Below the pieces are notes generated by a model. The model saw only the letters and a program-made list of their open reading frames with translations. It searched no databases and was not told the origin of the DNA. From contig CAZNOV010000001.1 of the NCBI GenBank assembly GCA_964574725.1, forward strand, positions 2,971 to 35,272: a stretch of DNA of 32,302 nucleotides. Direction: 5' to 3'. Made by a program: the position numbers and the translations under genes. The stretch is from an uncultured Nitrososphaera sp. (GTDB lineage: Archaea > Thermoproteota > Nitrososphaeria > Nitrososphaerales > Nitrososphaeraceae). Shown in pieces: positions 7,772-16,651 of this stretch. Position 1 is the first letter of the stretch. Each line of letters starts with the position of its first letter.

Positions 7772-8674
7772 GTGGACAACACTCAGAAAATAGTGGTTAT
7801 CTCGCTAATCGCTACCTCTGCCATTGCGTGGATAGCGTCTTTCTGGCAACCAAGCATGCGTGCAGCCATGACAACATACAATCCCGTATCGATTTCAGTA
7901 TTTACCGCTAGCTGGACTGCAGGAATGGCGGCAATGATGTTCCCCGCCATTACTCCCATGGTCGTGCTCTATAGCAGATTTCAAACCAGCAGGAACAAAG
8001 ATGGCCAGAGTTCGGTCACGGTTCAAGAGGAACATGATCCGGCATCGTCCTCTGTTCGTTCCTTCAGAGTAGTTCTATTTGTCGGATGCTACCTTGTGGT
8101 CTGGGCGCTCACTGGTGTCGCCCTGCTCCTCGGATGGTCAGTCGTCATGAACAACACCATAATGACAGCAGAGAATGTTCAGCTCATATCGTACCTCTAC
8201 GGTGCCCTTCTGATCGTAGCCGGCGCGTACCAATTTACTCCGCTAAAGACCACGTGCATAGGCTATTGCGAGTCTCCACTAAGCTTCTTCATGCGCAGAT
8301 GGAGCGATGGGACATCAGGAGCGGCCAAGATGGGGCTCTATCACGGAATGTATTGCCTCGGATGTTGTTGGGCGTACTTTCTCCTTATGGTCGCACTTGG
8401 ATGGATGAGCCCGCTTTGGATGGGACTCTTCGCCGGAGTAATCTTTGGAGAGAAGATTTGGTCCCGAGGAATCTTGGTTGCGAGAGCCGCAGGATTGGGA
8501 CTTGCAGTTGTAGGTATCCTAGTGGCTGCTGGTATGCTTCCCTCCTTGGTATCAACAGCCTCATCAATGACCGATGGTGATAAAATTACACCGATGGATG
8601 ACGACCCAGACGGTGCCATGACTCGCAACGATGGCTCAATGGGCATGCTGGTCGATACGCCGTCTGGGAAATAG
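7772..8674 (+). CDS. DUF2182 predicted metal-binding integral membrane protein
   Basis: W..GMAAMMFP, AGAYQFTPLK..C...C, HGMYCLGCCW and GEK motifs; multiple TM helices; GTG start. Confidence 0.9.
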   Translation: MDNTQKIVVISLIATSAIAWIASFWQPSMRAAMTTYNPVSISVFTASWTAGMAAMMFPAITPMVVLYSRFQTSRNKDGQSSVTVQEEHDPASSSVRSFRVVLFVGCYLVVWALTGVALLLGWSVVMNNTIMTAENVQLISYLYGALLIVAGAYQFTPLKTTCIGYCESPLSFFMRRWSDGTSGAAKMGLYHGMYCLGCCWAYFLLMVALGWMSPLWMGLFAGVIFGEKIWSRGILVARAAGLGLAVVGILVAAGMLPSLVSTASSMTDGDKITPMDDDPDGAMTRNDGSMGMLVDTPSGK

Positions 8675-8698
8675 AAAGTATTTGTTGCCATCGCATTG

Positions 8699-9157
8699 CT
8701 ACTTGGTCATCTCTCTTTTGCCAAGGGGTATTCCAGTGCAGTATTTGGACAGTCTCTCTTCGATAAAGTAAGACCAGCCCTTGCTGTGCAGGTCAAACCA
8801 CCTGCTCTTGGGGTCAAATCCTGTGTGGACCAAGGTTACCAGGGTCTTGTTGCCGGCGGCCGGCTCGATAGTCCATGTTACAACGGTCTTTGGAAAGTTC
8901 GGATCGGAAAGGTTGGTCCATGAGTACGATATCTTCCTGCCTGGTACCAGCTCCAAGACCTTGCCTTCGACCCTATGGTTTTCCTTGCCTTCATCAAAGA
9001 ACTTGAACAGCACAGAGCCGCCCACCTTTGGTTCCAGGTCTGCTTGGTCAGGGAACCAGCGTGTCAGCTCCTTTTCGTCTGTGATCGCCCTGAAGACCAC
9101 GTCTTGTGACGCATCGATTATGATTGTTTTCCGGATTTCTCCTGTTAGTTCTGTCAT
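8699..9157 (-). CDS. SRPBCC/AHSA1 (START-like) domain protein
   Basis: IDAS...VFRAITD..EL..WF, VGG, G.VLE..P...ISYSW, T.VTLVHTGF and GW motifs. Confidence 0.92.
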   Translation of the reverse strand: MTELTGEIRKTIIIDASQDVVFRAITDEKELTRWFPDQADLEPKVGGSVLFKFFDEGKENHRVEGKVLELVPGRKISYSWTNLSDPNFPKTVVTWTIEPAAGNKTLVTLVHTGFDPKSRWFDLHSKGWSYFIEERLSKYCTGIPLGKREMTK

Positions 9158-9462
9158 TTCCGCTTTCCCTCCTTGTTCTCGACATATTCCTTGAGGCTTT
9201 GAAGCTTGTCGTCCCAGAACAGGTCAAAGAACTGTACCATCTCTCTCATTGCACTCCTGTTGACAGAATAGTACCGGTTCTGTCCATCCTTGCGCTCCCT
9301 TACTAACCCGGCGTCCTTCAACACTCTCAGGTGGGTTGACAGTGCAGGCAGGGTGAACTCGAAATGTCTCGCTATTTCGCTTGGTGTCTTTTCGCCCCGC
9401 TTTAGAATAACAAGCATTTGTCGTCTGCTATCGTCGGCCAACGCTTTCCATGAAGATCCCAT
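9154..9462 (-). CDS. ArsR/SmtB family transcriptional regulator
   Basis: KALADDSRR.ML..L, LS.HLRVLKDAGLV..RK.G..RYY winged helix; 4-bp overlap with the SRPBCC gene. Confidence 0.93.
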   Translation of the reverse strand: MGSSWKALADDSRRQMLVILKRGEKTPSEIARHFEFTLPALSTHLRVLKDAGLVRERKDGQNRYYSVNRSAMREMVQFFDLFWDDKLQSLKEYVENKEGKRK

Positions 9463-9474
9463 GCATGCTTTAGT

Positions 9475-9494
9475 AATTAAAGAACTATTTAATT
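9475..9494. promoter_or_regulatory. inverted repeat AATTAAA-N6-TTTAATT, candidate ArsR autoregulatory operator
   Basis: 7-bp perfect arms 13-32 nt upstream of the arsR start, at the expected TATA position. Confidence 0.55.
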
Positions 9495-10178
9495 GTTTAA
9501 TAACGACTGCTTCATGAGCGCCACTATAGTTTGGGCAATCTCCGACCTGCCAAACAGCAGACCTACGGCCTCATGCCTGCGCTTCTTTGTCGGATTCAAC
9601 TCGAGTATGTTTAGCTGCCCATCTACTAGAAACTCTAGATGCAGAGACTTTCTTAAAATGCTCGCGTTCCTCACTCCAAATCGCTTACCAGCAAGGCTGT
9701 CCCGGTCGAGTGGCGGAAGCGATGAAAGCTTGCTCACTGCATCCACGAAAGCATTTAACAGTGCAAAAATGGGGTCAGGCCTCTCCTTCTCCGATTTCAT
9801 CCCCCATTTTACCTTGCTTTCAGACGTCGATGCAAGGCTGTCAAAACTCTTTACGAATTCGCCGAACACCGATTCCATTGTCACGTCAATCACATTTTCC
9901 CCGGACCTGACAAACTGAGATGTCACCTTCTGGTCAGTGAATTCCATGCCGCGATATTTGGCGTAGAGCAGAGGCTGACCGTATCTTACAACGTACGCTT
10001 CGCACCCTTCAATTTGTGACATCAGGTTGAGAAAATAATTCTTTGAGGTAGGATTTCTTGCTGACGCGTTCAGTTTGGCGATTACCATCAGCCTTGTGAG
10101 ATCTCTGACAAAGTCATCGGCGTATCGTTTGCGGTCATTAAAATCATAGCGCACCTCTTCTATGACCAAAGTTGTCAT
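9489..10178 (-). CDS. hypothetical protein (about 230 aa)
   Basis: Long ORF with globular composition; AT-rich box about 25 nt upstream; no family recognised. Confidence 0.75.
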   Translation of the reverse strand: MTTLVIEEVRYDFNDRKRYADDFVRDLTRLMVIAKLNASARNPTSKNYFLNLMSQIEGCEAYVVRYGQPLLYAKYRGMEFTDQKVTSQFVRSGENVIDVTMESVFGEFVKSFDSLASTSESKVKWGMKSEKERPDPIFALLNAFVDAVSKLSSLPPLDRDSLAGKRFGVRNASILRKSLHLEFLVDGQLNILELNPTKKRRHEAVGLLFGRSEIAQTIVALMKQSLLNN

Positions 10179-10283
10179 CAAAGTAGCTCAACTACTGGAT
10201 TTAATTTTTCTTAAAGTATCTTCCACATGAACTATGGCTGTGTCGCTGCAATTATTATTAGGCCTCTTGTATGTTGCGTCACG

Positions 10284-12188
10284 TTGAATTCCGCCGAGGA
10301 CGGACCTTCCTATTTCCCCTCTGATGAATCCCTAGTGCAGAGCAACGTTGCCAGGTTCATGAAAAAGCATGGGATTTCGGATTGGCGTCAGCTTGTGCAG
10401 AAGGCGAATAGCGATACTGCATGGTACTGGGATGCCGTCAACGAAGACCTTGATATACAGTGGTTTAAGAAATACGACAGGACCTATGATTCTACTATTG
10501 GTATACCGTGGACAAAGTGGTTCGTAAACGGCAGATGCAATATCGTTTCCAACGCAATCGACAGGCACGCGAGAATGCAACCCGAGAAGATTGCGTACAT
10601 ATTTGCGGATGAATTCGGAGCGAAAAAGGTCGCCTTCAGGGACCTCGACAGGAACGTAAGCATGCTTGCCGGCGGCCTCGCAGCAGCTGGCATTAGAAAG
10701 GGCGACGTTGTCGGCATCTATCTGCCAATGATTGAAGAGGCGTTCTACGCGATATTGGCATGCTCAAAGATAGGGGCAGTTCACACGACTGTCTTCTCGG
10801 GTTTTAGTGCTAATGCACTTCATTCGAGGCTTGTAGACTCGAGGGCAAAATTGCTGATCACATCAGACACCGTTCGCCGGCGCGGTAAGGACATAGACCT
10901 CAAAACGCAATGGACCAAAGCCGTTCAGGGAACGGGAGTTTCTAGCATAGTCACAACGGGCAACGGCAACAGCAACGCAGTCAACTACCATGATTTTGTC
11001 AGGCGTGGAAACGGGACACAGACAGAGGTGATGGATTCCGAAGGTCCCCTTTTCATCCTCTATACCTCGGGTACGACCGGCGAACCGAGGGGCACTCTGC
11101 AGGTGCACGCAGGATTTACTGTTGTCGCAGCGCAGCAGACTGCTTACCTTATTGACATGAAGCCGAACGATGTGTTATTCTGGTATGCAGATATCGGATG
11201 GATAACGGGACAGGTGTGGGTGGTATATGGAAGCCCGATAATCGGCGGAACGGCACTTGTTTACAATGATGCCCTCGATCATCCAAGCGCCGACTCTTGG
11301 TGCAGACTCATTGAAGATCACAGGGTCAGCATCTTTGGGGTTGCCCCCACGGCAATCAGGCATTTCATGAGAGGTGGCGCCATGGGAGACCATGATTTTT
11401 CATGCCTCAGAATGCTCGCCACAACCGGAGAACCGATAAACAGGGAGGCATGGGACTGGTATTTTGAAAAAGTCGGAGGAAAACGGTGTCCTGTCATAAA
11501 CCTCTCCGGTGGGACGGAGATAGGCGGAGCGATCGTCAGCACGCTGCCTGTCATGACGCTCAAGAGCTGCACGGTTGGCTGCCCGATACCCGGTTTTGAC
11601 GCGGACGTTTACGACGACGAAGGGAGGAAGGTTGTGAAAGGTGAAGGCTACCTTGTCATCAAGAAACCCTGGCCTTCAATGACAAGAGGGCTGCTCAACA
11701 ACCCTGAAAGATATATCGAAACTTATTGGTCCAAGTACAGAGACATCTGGTATCATGGCGATATTGTCCTTGTAGATTCTGAAGGGCTGTGGTATATGCG
11801 CGGGCGGGCAGACGATGTCATAAAGGTGTCGGGGCACAGGATAGGCACCGCAGAGATCGAAGGAGCCGCAGCCGCGCACCCGGCAGTTGCCGAGGCCATG
11901 GCGGTGGGAAAGCCTGATGAGCTCAAGGGCGAAGCGATAATAGTGTGTGTTGTCATGAAGAATGGCTTTAGTGCCGATGACGATTTAAGATACGAGATTA
12001 TCAGCAGGGTCGAGGAATCGATCGGAAGGTTCGCTCGTCCTGCGGAAGTAAGGATAGTGAGCGACTTGCCAAAAACAAGGACTGGCAAGCTGCTCAGGCG
12101 GCTGGTCCGTGCAAGGATCGCCGGCGGAAGCATCGCAGATCAGGACTTGTCAAGCGTGGAGAACCCCTGGTCGCTAGATCAGTTCTAG
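10284..12188 (+). CDS. AMP-forming acyl-CoA synthetase (acetyl-CoA synthetase family)
   Basis: LYTSGTTGEPRG, ADIGWITG, HGD, GRADDVIKVSGHRIG and LPKTRTGK motifs. TTG start 10284 preferred (ORF track start 10227). Confidence 0.92.
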   Translation: MNSAEDGPSYFPSDESLVQSNVARFMKKHGISDWRQLVQKANSDTAWYWDAVNEDLDIQWFKKYDRTYDSTIGIPWTKWFVNGRCNIVSNAIDRHARMQPEKIAYIFADEFGAKKVAFRDLDRNVSMLAGGLAAAGIRKGDVVGIYLPMIEEAFYAILACSKIGAVHTTVFSGFSANALHSRLVDSRAKLLITSDTVRRRGKDIDLKTQWTKAVQGTGVSSIVTTGNGNSNAVNYHDFVRRGNGTQTEVMDSEGPLFILYTSGTTGEPRGTLQVHAGFTVVAAQQTAYLIDMKPNDVLFWYADIGWITGQVWVVYGSPIIGGTALVYNDALDHPSADSWCRLIEDHRVSIFGVAPTAIRHFMRGGAMGDHDFSCLRMLATTGEPINREAWDWYFEKVGGKRCPVINLSGGTEIGGAIVSTLPVMTLKSCTVGCPIPGFDADVYDDEGRKVVKGEGYLVIKKPWPSMTRGLLNNPERYIETYWSKYRDIWYHGDIVLVDSEGLWYMRGRADDVIKVSGHRIGTAEIEGAAAAHPAVAEAMAVGKPDELKGEAIIVCVVMKNGFSADDDLRYEIISRVEESIGRFARPAEVRIVSDLPKTRTGKLLRRLVRARIAGGSIADQDLSSVENPWSLDQF

Positions 12189-12194
12189 TAGGTC

Positions 12195-12201
12195 GTTTTT
12201 T
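12195..12201 (+). terminator. oligo-T archaeal terminator after the acyl-CoA synthetase gene
   Basis: T run starting about 7 nt after the stop codon. Confidence 0.45.
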
Positions 12202-12386
12202 GTGCAATTCGCCAGGTTCGAATGCATCGGCGGGACTGATCGCGCCTCCGTCAGGTGCATGATCGACGTGAGCCCCGTCAGCCTACTACCTGGCAAGTAT
12301 CGCTAGCGATAGCTATTATGAGACGAATTCTCTACACCCCACCCGGGAACCTTTATGTTATCATGAACTTCGACTAGCAGCCATAG

Positions 12387-14855
12387 ATGGGTCCGGAGGG
12401 TGATGATGACAAGAAAAAGTTCGAGTTGCCGGGTAGCCGTGCACAGTATGCACCATCCCTCGTTTTTACGATTACCCACATGCTGCTTTCGATAGAGCCC
12501 GATCTTGAAGCAAGATCATTCAAGGGTGAGCAGCGCCTAGATGTGTTGATACTTCAGGACACAGACGGCATCGAGCTCGACGCGTCCGAACTCCAGGTAA
12601 AGTCCGTCTATGCGGCCGGCAAGCTTGAATTCCGGGTGATCGGAGACAGGCTAGCAATAAAGCTAGGCAGGGCGTTCAAGGAGGACAGCAGGATAAAGCT
12701 CGACATTTCGTATTCCGCAAGGCCTCGCAAGGGAATGTACTTTGTTGTGCCCGACAAGCACTATCCAGGCAAGCAACTCGAGGCCTGGACGCAAGGTGAA
12801 AGCACGGAGACGAGGTACTGGTTTCCGTGCATAGACCACCCTCAGGTCAAATTCACAAGCGAAATTTCAGTGAGCGTCCCAACGGGCTTTGCGGCGATTT
12901 CAAACGGCAGGCTGCTAAAAGTGGAAAAGCGCGGCAAGAAGCAGGTCTACCACTGGTCAGAACCCAACCCCCACCCTGCCTACCTAACTTCGCTGGTTAT
13001 CGGCAATTATGCTCAGACAAAGGATGGAGAACTACTTCAGTATTACGTGCCCGCCGACAGAAGGCAGGATGCCCCGAGATCGTTTGAGCGGACTCCTGAA
13101 ATGGTCAAGTTTTTCGAAGAATATCTTGGCACAAAGTATCCGTACGACAAATATGCTCAGGTGACTGTCCAGGACTTTATCATGGGCGGCATGGAAAATG
13201 CAAGCTGCTCAACGCTGACGCTTGACACGCTTCATGATAAAAAAGCACACATTGACTACACTAGCGACCATCTTGTGTCGCACGAGTTGGCACACCAGTG
13301 GTTTGGCAACCTAGTTACATGCAGGGACTGGCAGCACATTTGGCTCAACGAAAGTTTCGCGACGTACGCCGAGTCACTATACTGGGAGGCTAGCAGAGGA
13401 AAGGACGAATTCCAGTACTATGTAATGCACGCAGCGGAAGACTATTTCGAGGAGGCAGGCACACGGTACATCAGGCCGATTGTCACCAAAGTCTACAAAC
13501 ATCCAGACGACCTTTTTGACCGGCATTCGTATGAAAAGGGAGCGTGTGTACTCCACATGCTCAGGCACCTCATCGGAGACCGTTATTTCAAAAGGTCGCT
13601 CAAAACATACCTTCAGCGCTTCGCCAATAGCACCGCCGATACGGACGATTTTCGCAAGGTGGTAGAGCTTGAGACCGGCAAGAGCCTGCAGCAGTTCTTT
13701 GACCAGTGGGTGTTCAAAGAAGGCCATCCGAACCTGAAAGTAGAGTATTCAACAGATTCTAGGATGGCAAAGTTCAAAATAGAGCAAACCCAGCTCGGGG
13801 ATCCATTCGAATTCATGATGGAAATAAAGCTCGTGTCTGGCAGAGTAGAAAAGGTGCATTCATTCAAGATTTCAGAGAAATCAACCACATTGCTTATCCC
13901 GGTGGACAAAGAAATTGACTGGTTTTCCATCGATCCGCAGTTCAAGATATTGAAGACGATCTCGATAAACGCTCCCAAGGAGATGCTCGTCGAGCAGTTA
14001 GAAAAAGGAAGCACGGTAATCGAGAGGGTGGAGGCTGCCAGGGCGTTGAAAGATCAATCTTCCGATGCCGCGATCGATGCTCTGCAAAATGCAGTGCTCT
14101 ATGACAAATTCTGGGGTGTATCAGCCGAGGCTGCAAAGAGCCTTGGCTCCATCAGGACGGATTATGCGTATGAAGCGCTAAAAAAATGCGTCAAAATCAG
14201 CCACCCTAAAGCAAGGCGCGCAGTGGTCCGCGCGCTTGGTGAATTCAAGAGGGAAGAATCGCTTGAGCTTTTAAAGCCGATATTGCACAATGATGAAAGC
14301 TATTTCGTAGAGTCGGAGGCTGCTACAGCGATTGGCAAGACAAAGAGTAAGAATGCTGTCGCCATTCTGAGAAAGGCCGCAGAAACGACGAGTTTTCAGA
14401 ACACCGTTGCCCAGGGTGCGATCACCGGGTTGAAGGAATTTGCCGGTGACAAGGACATAGCGGCATTTTTGATCGGAAAAAGCATGAATGATAACTATCA
14501 CAGGGTCAGAGAGGCGGCCACGTTTGCTCTCGGCAGGTTTGTAGATGGCAACCCGGCAGTATCAGATCACCTTAAGGTACTCCTTGCTGACAAATGGTTC
14601 AGGGTCCGAATCAATGCCTGCAGGGCGTTTGCCGAGGGCGAGGTAGCGAAGGCGATACCCGACCTTAATCGTGTCGCCCAATCCGACCTAGACAACAGGG
14701 TCAGGCGAGTAGCGGAGGAATGCATTAACATCATAAGGGATGCTTCCAGAAAGCCGAAGGAAGTTACGCAGATGAGAGAAGAGATTGAAAGGGTGAAGTC
14801 AAAGAATCTAGAGCTCTTGCAGAAGATGGACAGGTGGGAGAGGGAATTCCGCTAG
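12387..14855 (+). CDS. pepN: M1 family aminopeptidase with C-terminal HEAT repeats and coiled coil
   Basis: WFPCIDHP, GGMEN, HELAHQWFG...WLNESFA and YEKGA motifs; repeated VR..AA.ALG HEAT units. Confidence 0.94.
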   Translation: MGPEGDDDKKKFELPGSRAQYAPSLVFTITHMLLSIEPDLEARSFKGEQRLDVLILQDTDGIELDASELQVKSVYAAGKLEFRVIGDRLAIKLGRAFKEDSRIKLDISYSARPRKGMYFVVPDKHYPGKQLEAWTQGESTETRYWFPCIDHPQVKFTSEISVSVPTGFAAISNGRLLKVEKRGKKQVYHWSEPNPHPAYLTSLVIGNYAQTKDGELLQYYVPADRRQDAPRSFERTPEMVKFFEEYLGTKYPYDKYAQVTVQDFIMGGMENASCSTLTLDTLHDKKAHIDYTSDHLVSHELAHQWFGNLVTCRDWQHIWLNESFATYAESLYWEASRGKDEFQYYVMHAAEDYFEEAGTRYIRPIVTKVYKHPDDLFDRHSYEKGACVLHMLRHLIGDRYFKRSLKTYLQRFANSTADTDDFRKVVELETGKSLQQFFDQWVFKEGHPNLKVEYSTDSRMAKFKIEQTQLGDPFEFMMEIKLVSGRVEKVHSFKISEKSTTLLIPVDKEIDWFSIDPQFKILKTISINAPKEMLVEQLEKGSTVIERVEAARALKDQSSDAAIDALQNAVLYDKFWGVSAEAAKSLGSIRTDYAYEALKKCVKISHPKARRAVVRALGEFKREESLELLKPILHNDESYFVESEAATAIGKTKSKNAVAILRKAAETTSFQNTVAQGAITGLKEFAGDKDIAAFLIGKSMNDNYHRVREAATFALGRFVDGNPAVSDHLKVLLADKWFRVRINACRAFAEGEVAKAIPDLNRVAQSDLDNRVRRVAEECINIIRDASRKPKEVTQMREEIERVKSKNLELLQKMDRWEREFR

Positions 14856-14884
14856 TCTTCCCCCCGGAGCCCGCCTGATCCCAT

Positions 14885-15547
14885 TCAATGCAGAGTTTCG
14901 GCCGAAGCAGCGGCTTCGATTTCCTGCATCATTGTCGCGGTGAATTCCTTTGCATTTCTGACAAACTCCAGAGATGTGGCAAGGGAATCTGTCTCGTTGA
15001 ATATCGTGACAACGTAGGAGTTAGAATTGAATTGGCTCACCCTGATGTCGTTCCAGAAATTTTGCGACAGCTCGTCGCCAGTCTTTGACGTTAGTTGGAT
15101 GGCATCCATGGGGTTCTTGTGACCCACGTACCTCCTAGCCAGGGTCGGAATCTCATCCAGACTAGTTATTTTTGAGAGCATCCTCTGGACAAGGCTGCCG
15201 GTCACAATCGAGTGATACACCACCCGGACTGCGTAAATGTCATTCTCGATGTCGACATTAAGGTGCCTCTTGAGCGACGAAGTGACATAGTGCAGGCAGG
15301 CGATTGTCTCTGAGTCCGGATTCTGTAGCGCATTCGGGTAGCTCATCACCTGCAATATCCTGAATGGCAGCACGTTGGATTGGACTGGCGCGATCCTGAA
15401 CCCCTGCATGTAAAATGACATCGTGTTCTGCATTGGATGGCCGCCATAGTCTTCCGCGATCCTGCTCGCAGGGAGTCCCTCGGACCCGCTAAAAACGCTG
15501 ACAAGCTTGTCGGCATCGAGCAGAGGTTCTCGAAAGTACAGCTGCAC
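14885..15547 (-). CDS. hypothetical protein; may start at CTG 15574
   Basis: 220-aa ORF whose open frame extends to 15574, directly after the deaminase stop in the same frame. Confidence 0.75.
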   Translation of the reverse strand: MQLYFREPLLDADKLVSVFSGSEGLPASRIAEDYGGHPMQNTMSFYMQGFRIAPVQSNVLPFRILQVMSYPNALQNPDSETIACLHYVTSSLKRHLNVDIENDIYAVRVVYHSIVTGSLVQRMLSKITSLDEIPTLARRYVGHKNPMDAIQLTSKTGDELSQNFWNDIRVSQFNSNSYVVTIFNETDSLATSLEFVRNAKEFTATMMQEIEAAASAETLH

Positions 15548-15574
15548 GTTGAACTGCGTGATGTTTACGTCCAG

Positions 15575-16105
15575 CTACGTGTTCACTGCCTTTGCAAATG
15601 ATTCTGGATCTCCCGTGATTGCGGAGAGCCAGGGTTTGAGCAGCTCCGGGTCGAATTTTACCAAGTCAATACTTGCCTCCTTCAAAAGCTGCGTACCGTC
15701 CTCGGGGTAGTCTGCCAGCACCACTATTCTCTTTACCCCTATACTGATTGCCATCTTGCTGCATTCTATGCACGGTGCAAACGTGGAATACAGCGTCGTG
15801 CCTTTTGTGCTGCCTGCATTTCCAAAAAGAGCGCATTGCATGATTGCGTTTGCCTCCGCGTGTGTGCAGAGGCACCTGTCAAGCCCTTCTCCCGACTTCA
15901 TTTCACCCCTGATTCTAGCTGCGCAACGCGGGCACCCTCCTTCAAAGCAGTTCTTTATTCCAGACGGAGTTCCGTTGTAGCCTGTAGCTATCTGCCTGTT
16001 GTCCTTGACGATCACTGCGCCAATATGTCTTGTGAGGCAATTTGAGCGCAGCTTGGCTATCTCTGCCTGCAACATGAAATAGGTGTCCCAGTCGGGTCTC
16101 TGCAA
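15575..16105 (-). CDS. dCMP deaminase (ComEB-like)
   Basis: RPDWD.YFM..A....RS.C, ATGYNGTP, HAEANAI and PCIECSK zinc-deaminase motifs. Confidence 0.93.
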   Translation of the reverse strand: MQRPDWDTYFMLQAEIAKLRSNCLTRHIGAVIVKDNRQIATGYNGTPSGIKNCFEGGCPRCAARIRGEMKSGEGLDRCLCTHAEANAIMQCALFGNAGSTKGTTLYSTFAPCIECSKMAISIGVKRIVVLADYPEDGTQLLKEASIDLVKFDPELLKPWLSAITGDPESFAKAVNT

Positions 16106-16179
16106 CAGGACTTTTCAATGGCAGTCACTAATAAAAATTAATGATAGCCGGCGCATCGGGTCGAATTGTGATCGCTTGC

Positions 16180-16407
16180 CTAGGAGTCCTTTTTCCTAGA
16201 GCGCTCGCCTGTCTTCCTGTTCATACTCTCAATGGTTCCCAGAGCAAAGGTATAGCGTATTCCCTCCGCTTTCATTTCAGGCGTCAGCATGTTGTTCATC
16301 ATGTCGATGTCCGCCTTGACATGCTCCGCCGAGTACTTGTTTGTCCGCGCAACCAGATACATGAAAGACTCCCCCTTGTACTTGTGAATTTCATGGACAT
16401 TCTGCAT
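16180..16407 (-). CDS. small hypothetical protein (75 aa)
   Basis: ATG start, protein-like composition, no overlap with flanking genes. Confidence 0.6.
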   Translation of the reverse strand: MQNVHEIHKYKGESFMYLVARTNKYSAEHVKADIDMMNNMLTPEMKAEGIRYTFALGTIESMNRKTGERSRKKDS

Positions 16408-16503
16408 TTAGTTTCGTCTTCTATCTAACTACCCGCTGGTATGTCGATTGTTGTGGTCAACAAACTTTTGCAAGCTCGCAGCACAGGTTGCACTCGCCCT
16501 ACG

Positions 16504-16542
16504 TGGCAGAGAAATACCGAAATAATTAGTATTTCTCTGCCA
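16504..16542. repeat. perfect 14-bp inverted repeat with 11-nt loop
   Basis: TGGCAGAGAAATAC (16504-16517) and GTATTTCTCTGCCA (16529-16542); spans the stop codon of the small membrane gene. Confidence 0.85.
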
Positions 16543-16651
16543 GAGTCCTCTTCCGCCGGAGGAACTGCTCATCCTTTGCCACGCGCAAGCCGATCAGACC
16601 TGCGACTAGGCTTATGACGACTAGGCCAGCTATTGTGTAGAGATCCGTCAT
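16526..16651 (-). CDS. 41-aa single-TM small protein
   Basis: MTDLYTIAGLVVISLVAGLIGLRVAKDEQFLRRKRTLAEKY; hydrophobic helix plus basic tail; ATGA overlap with the upstream small ORF. Confidence 0.7.
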   Translation of the reverse strand: MTDLYTIAGLVVISLVAGLIGLRVAKDEQFLRRKRTLAEKY

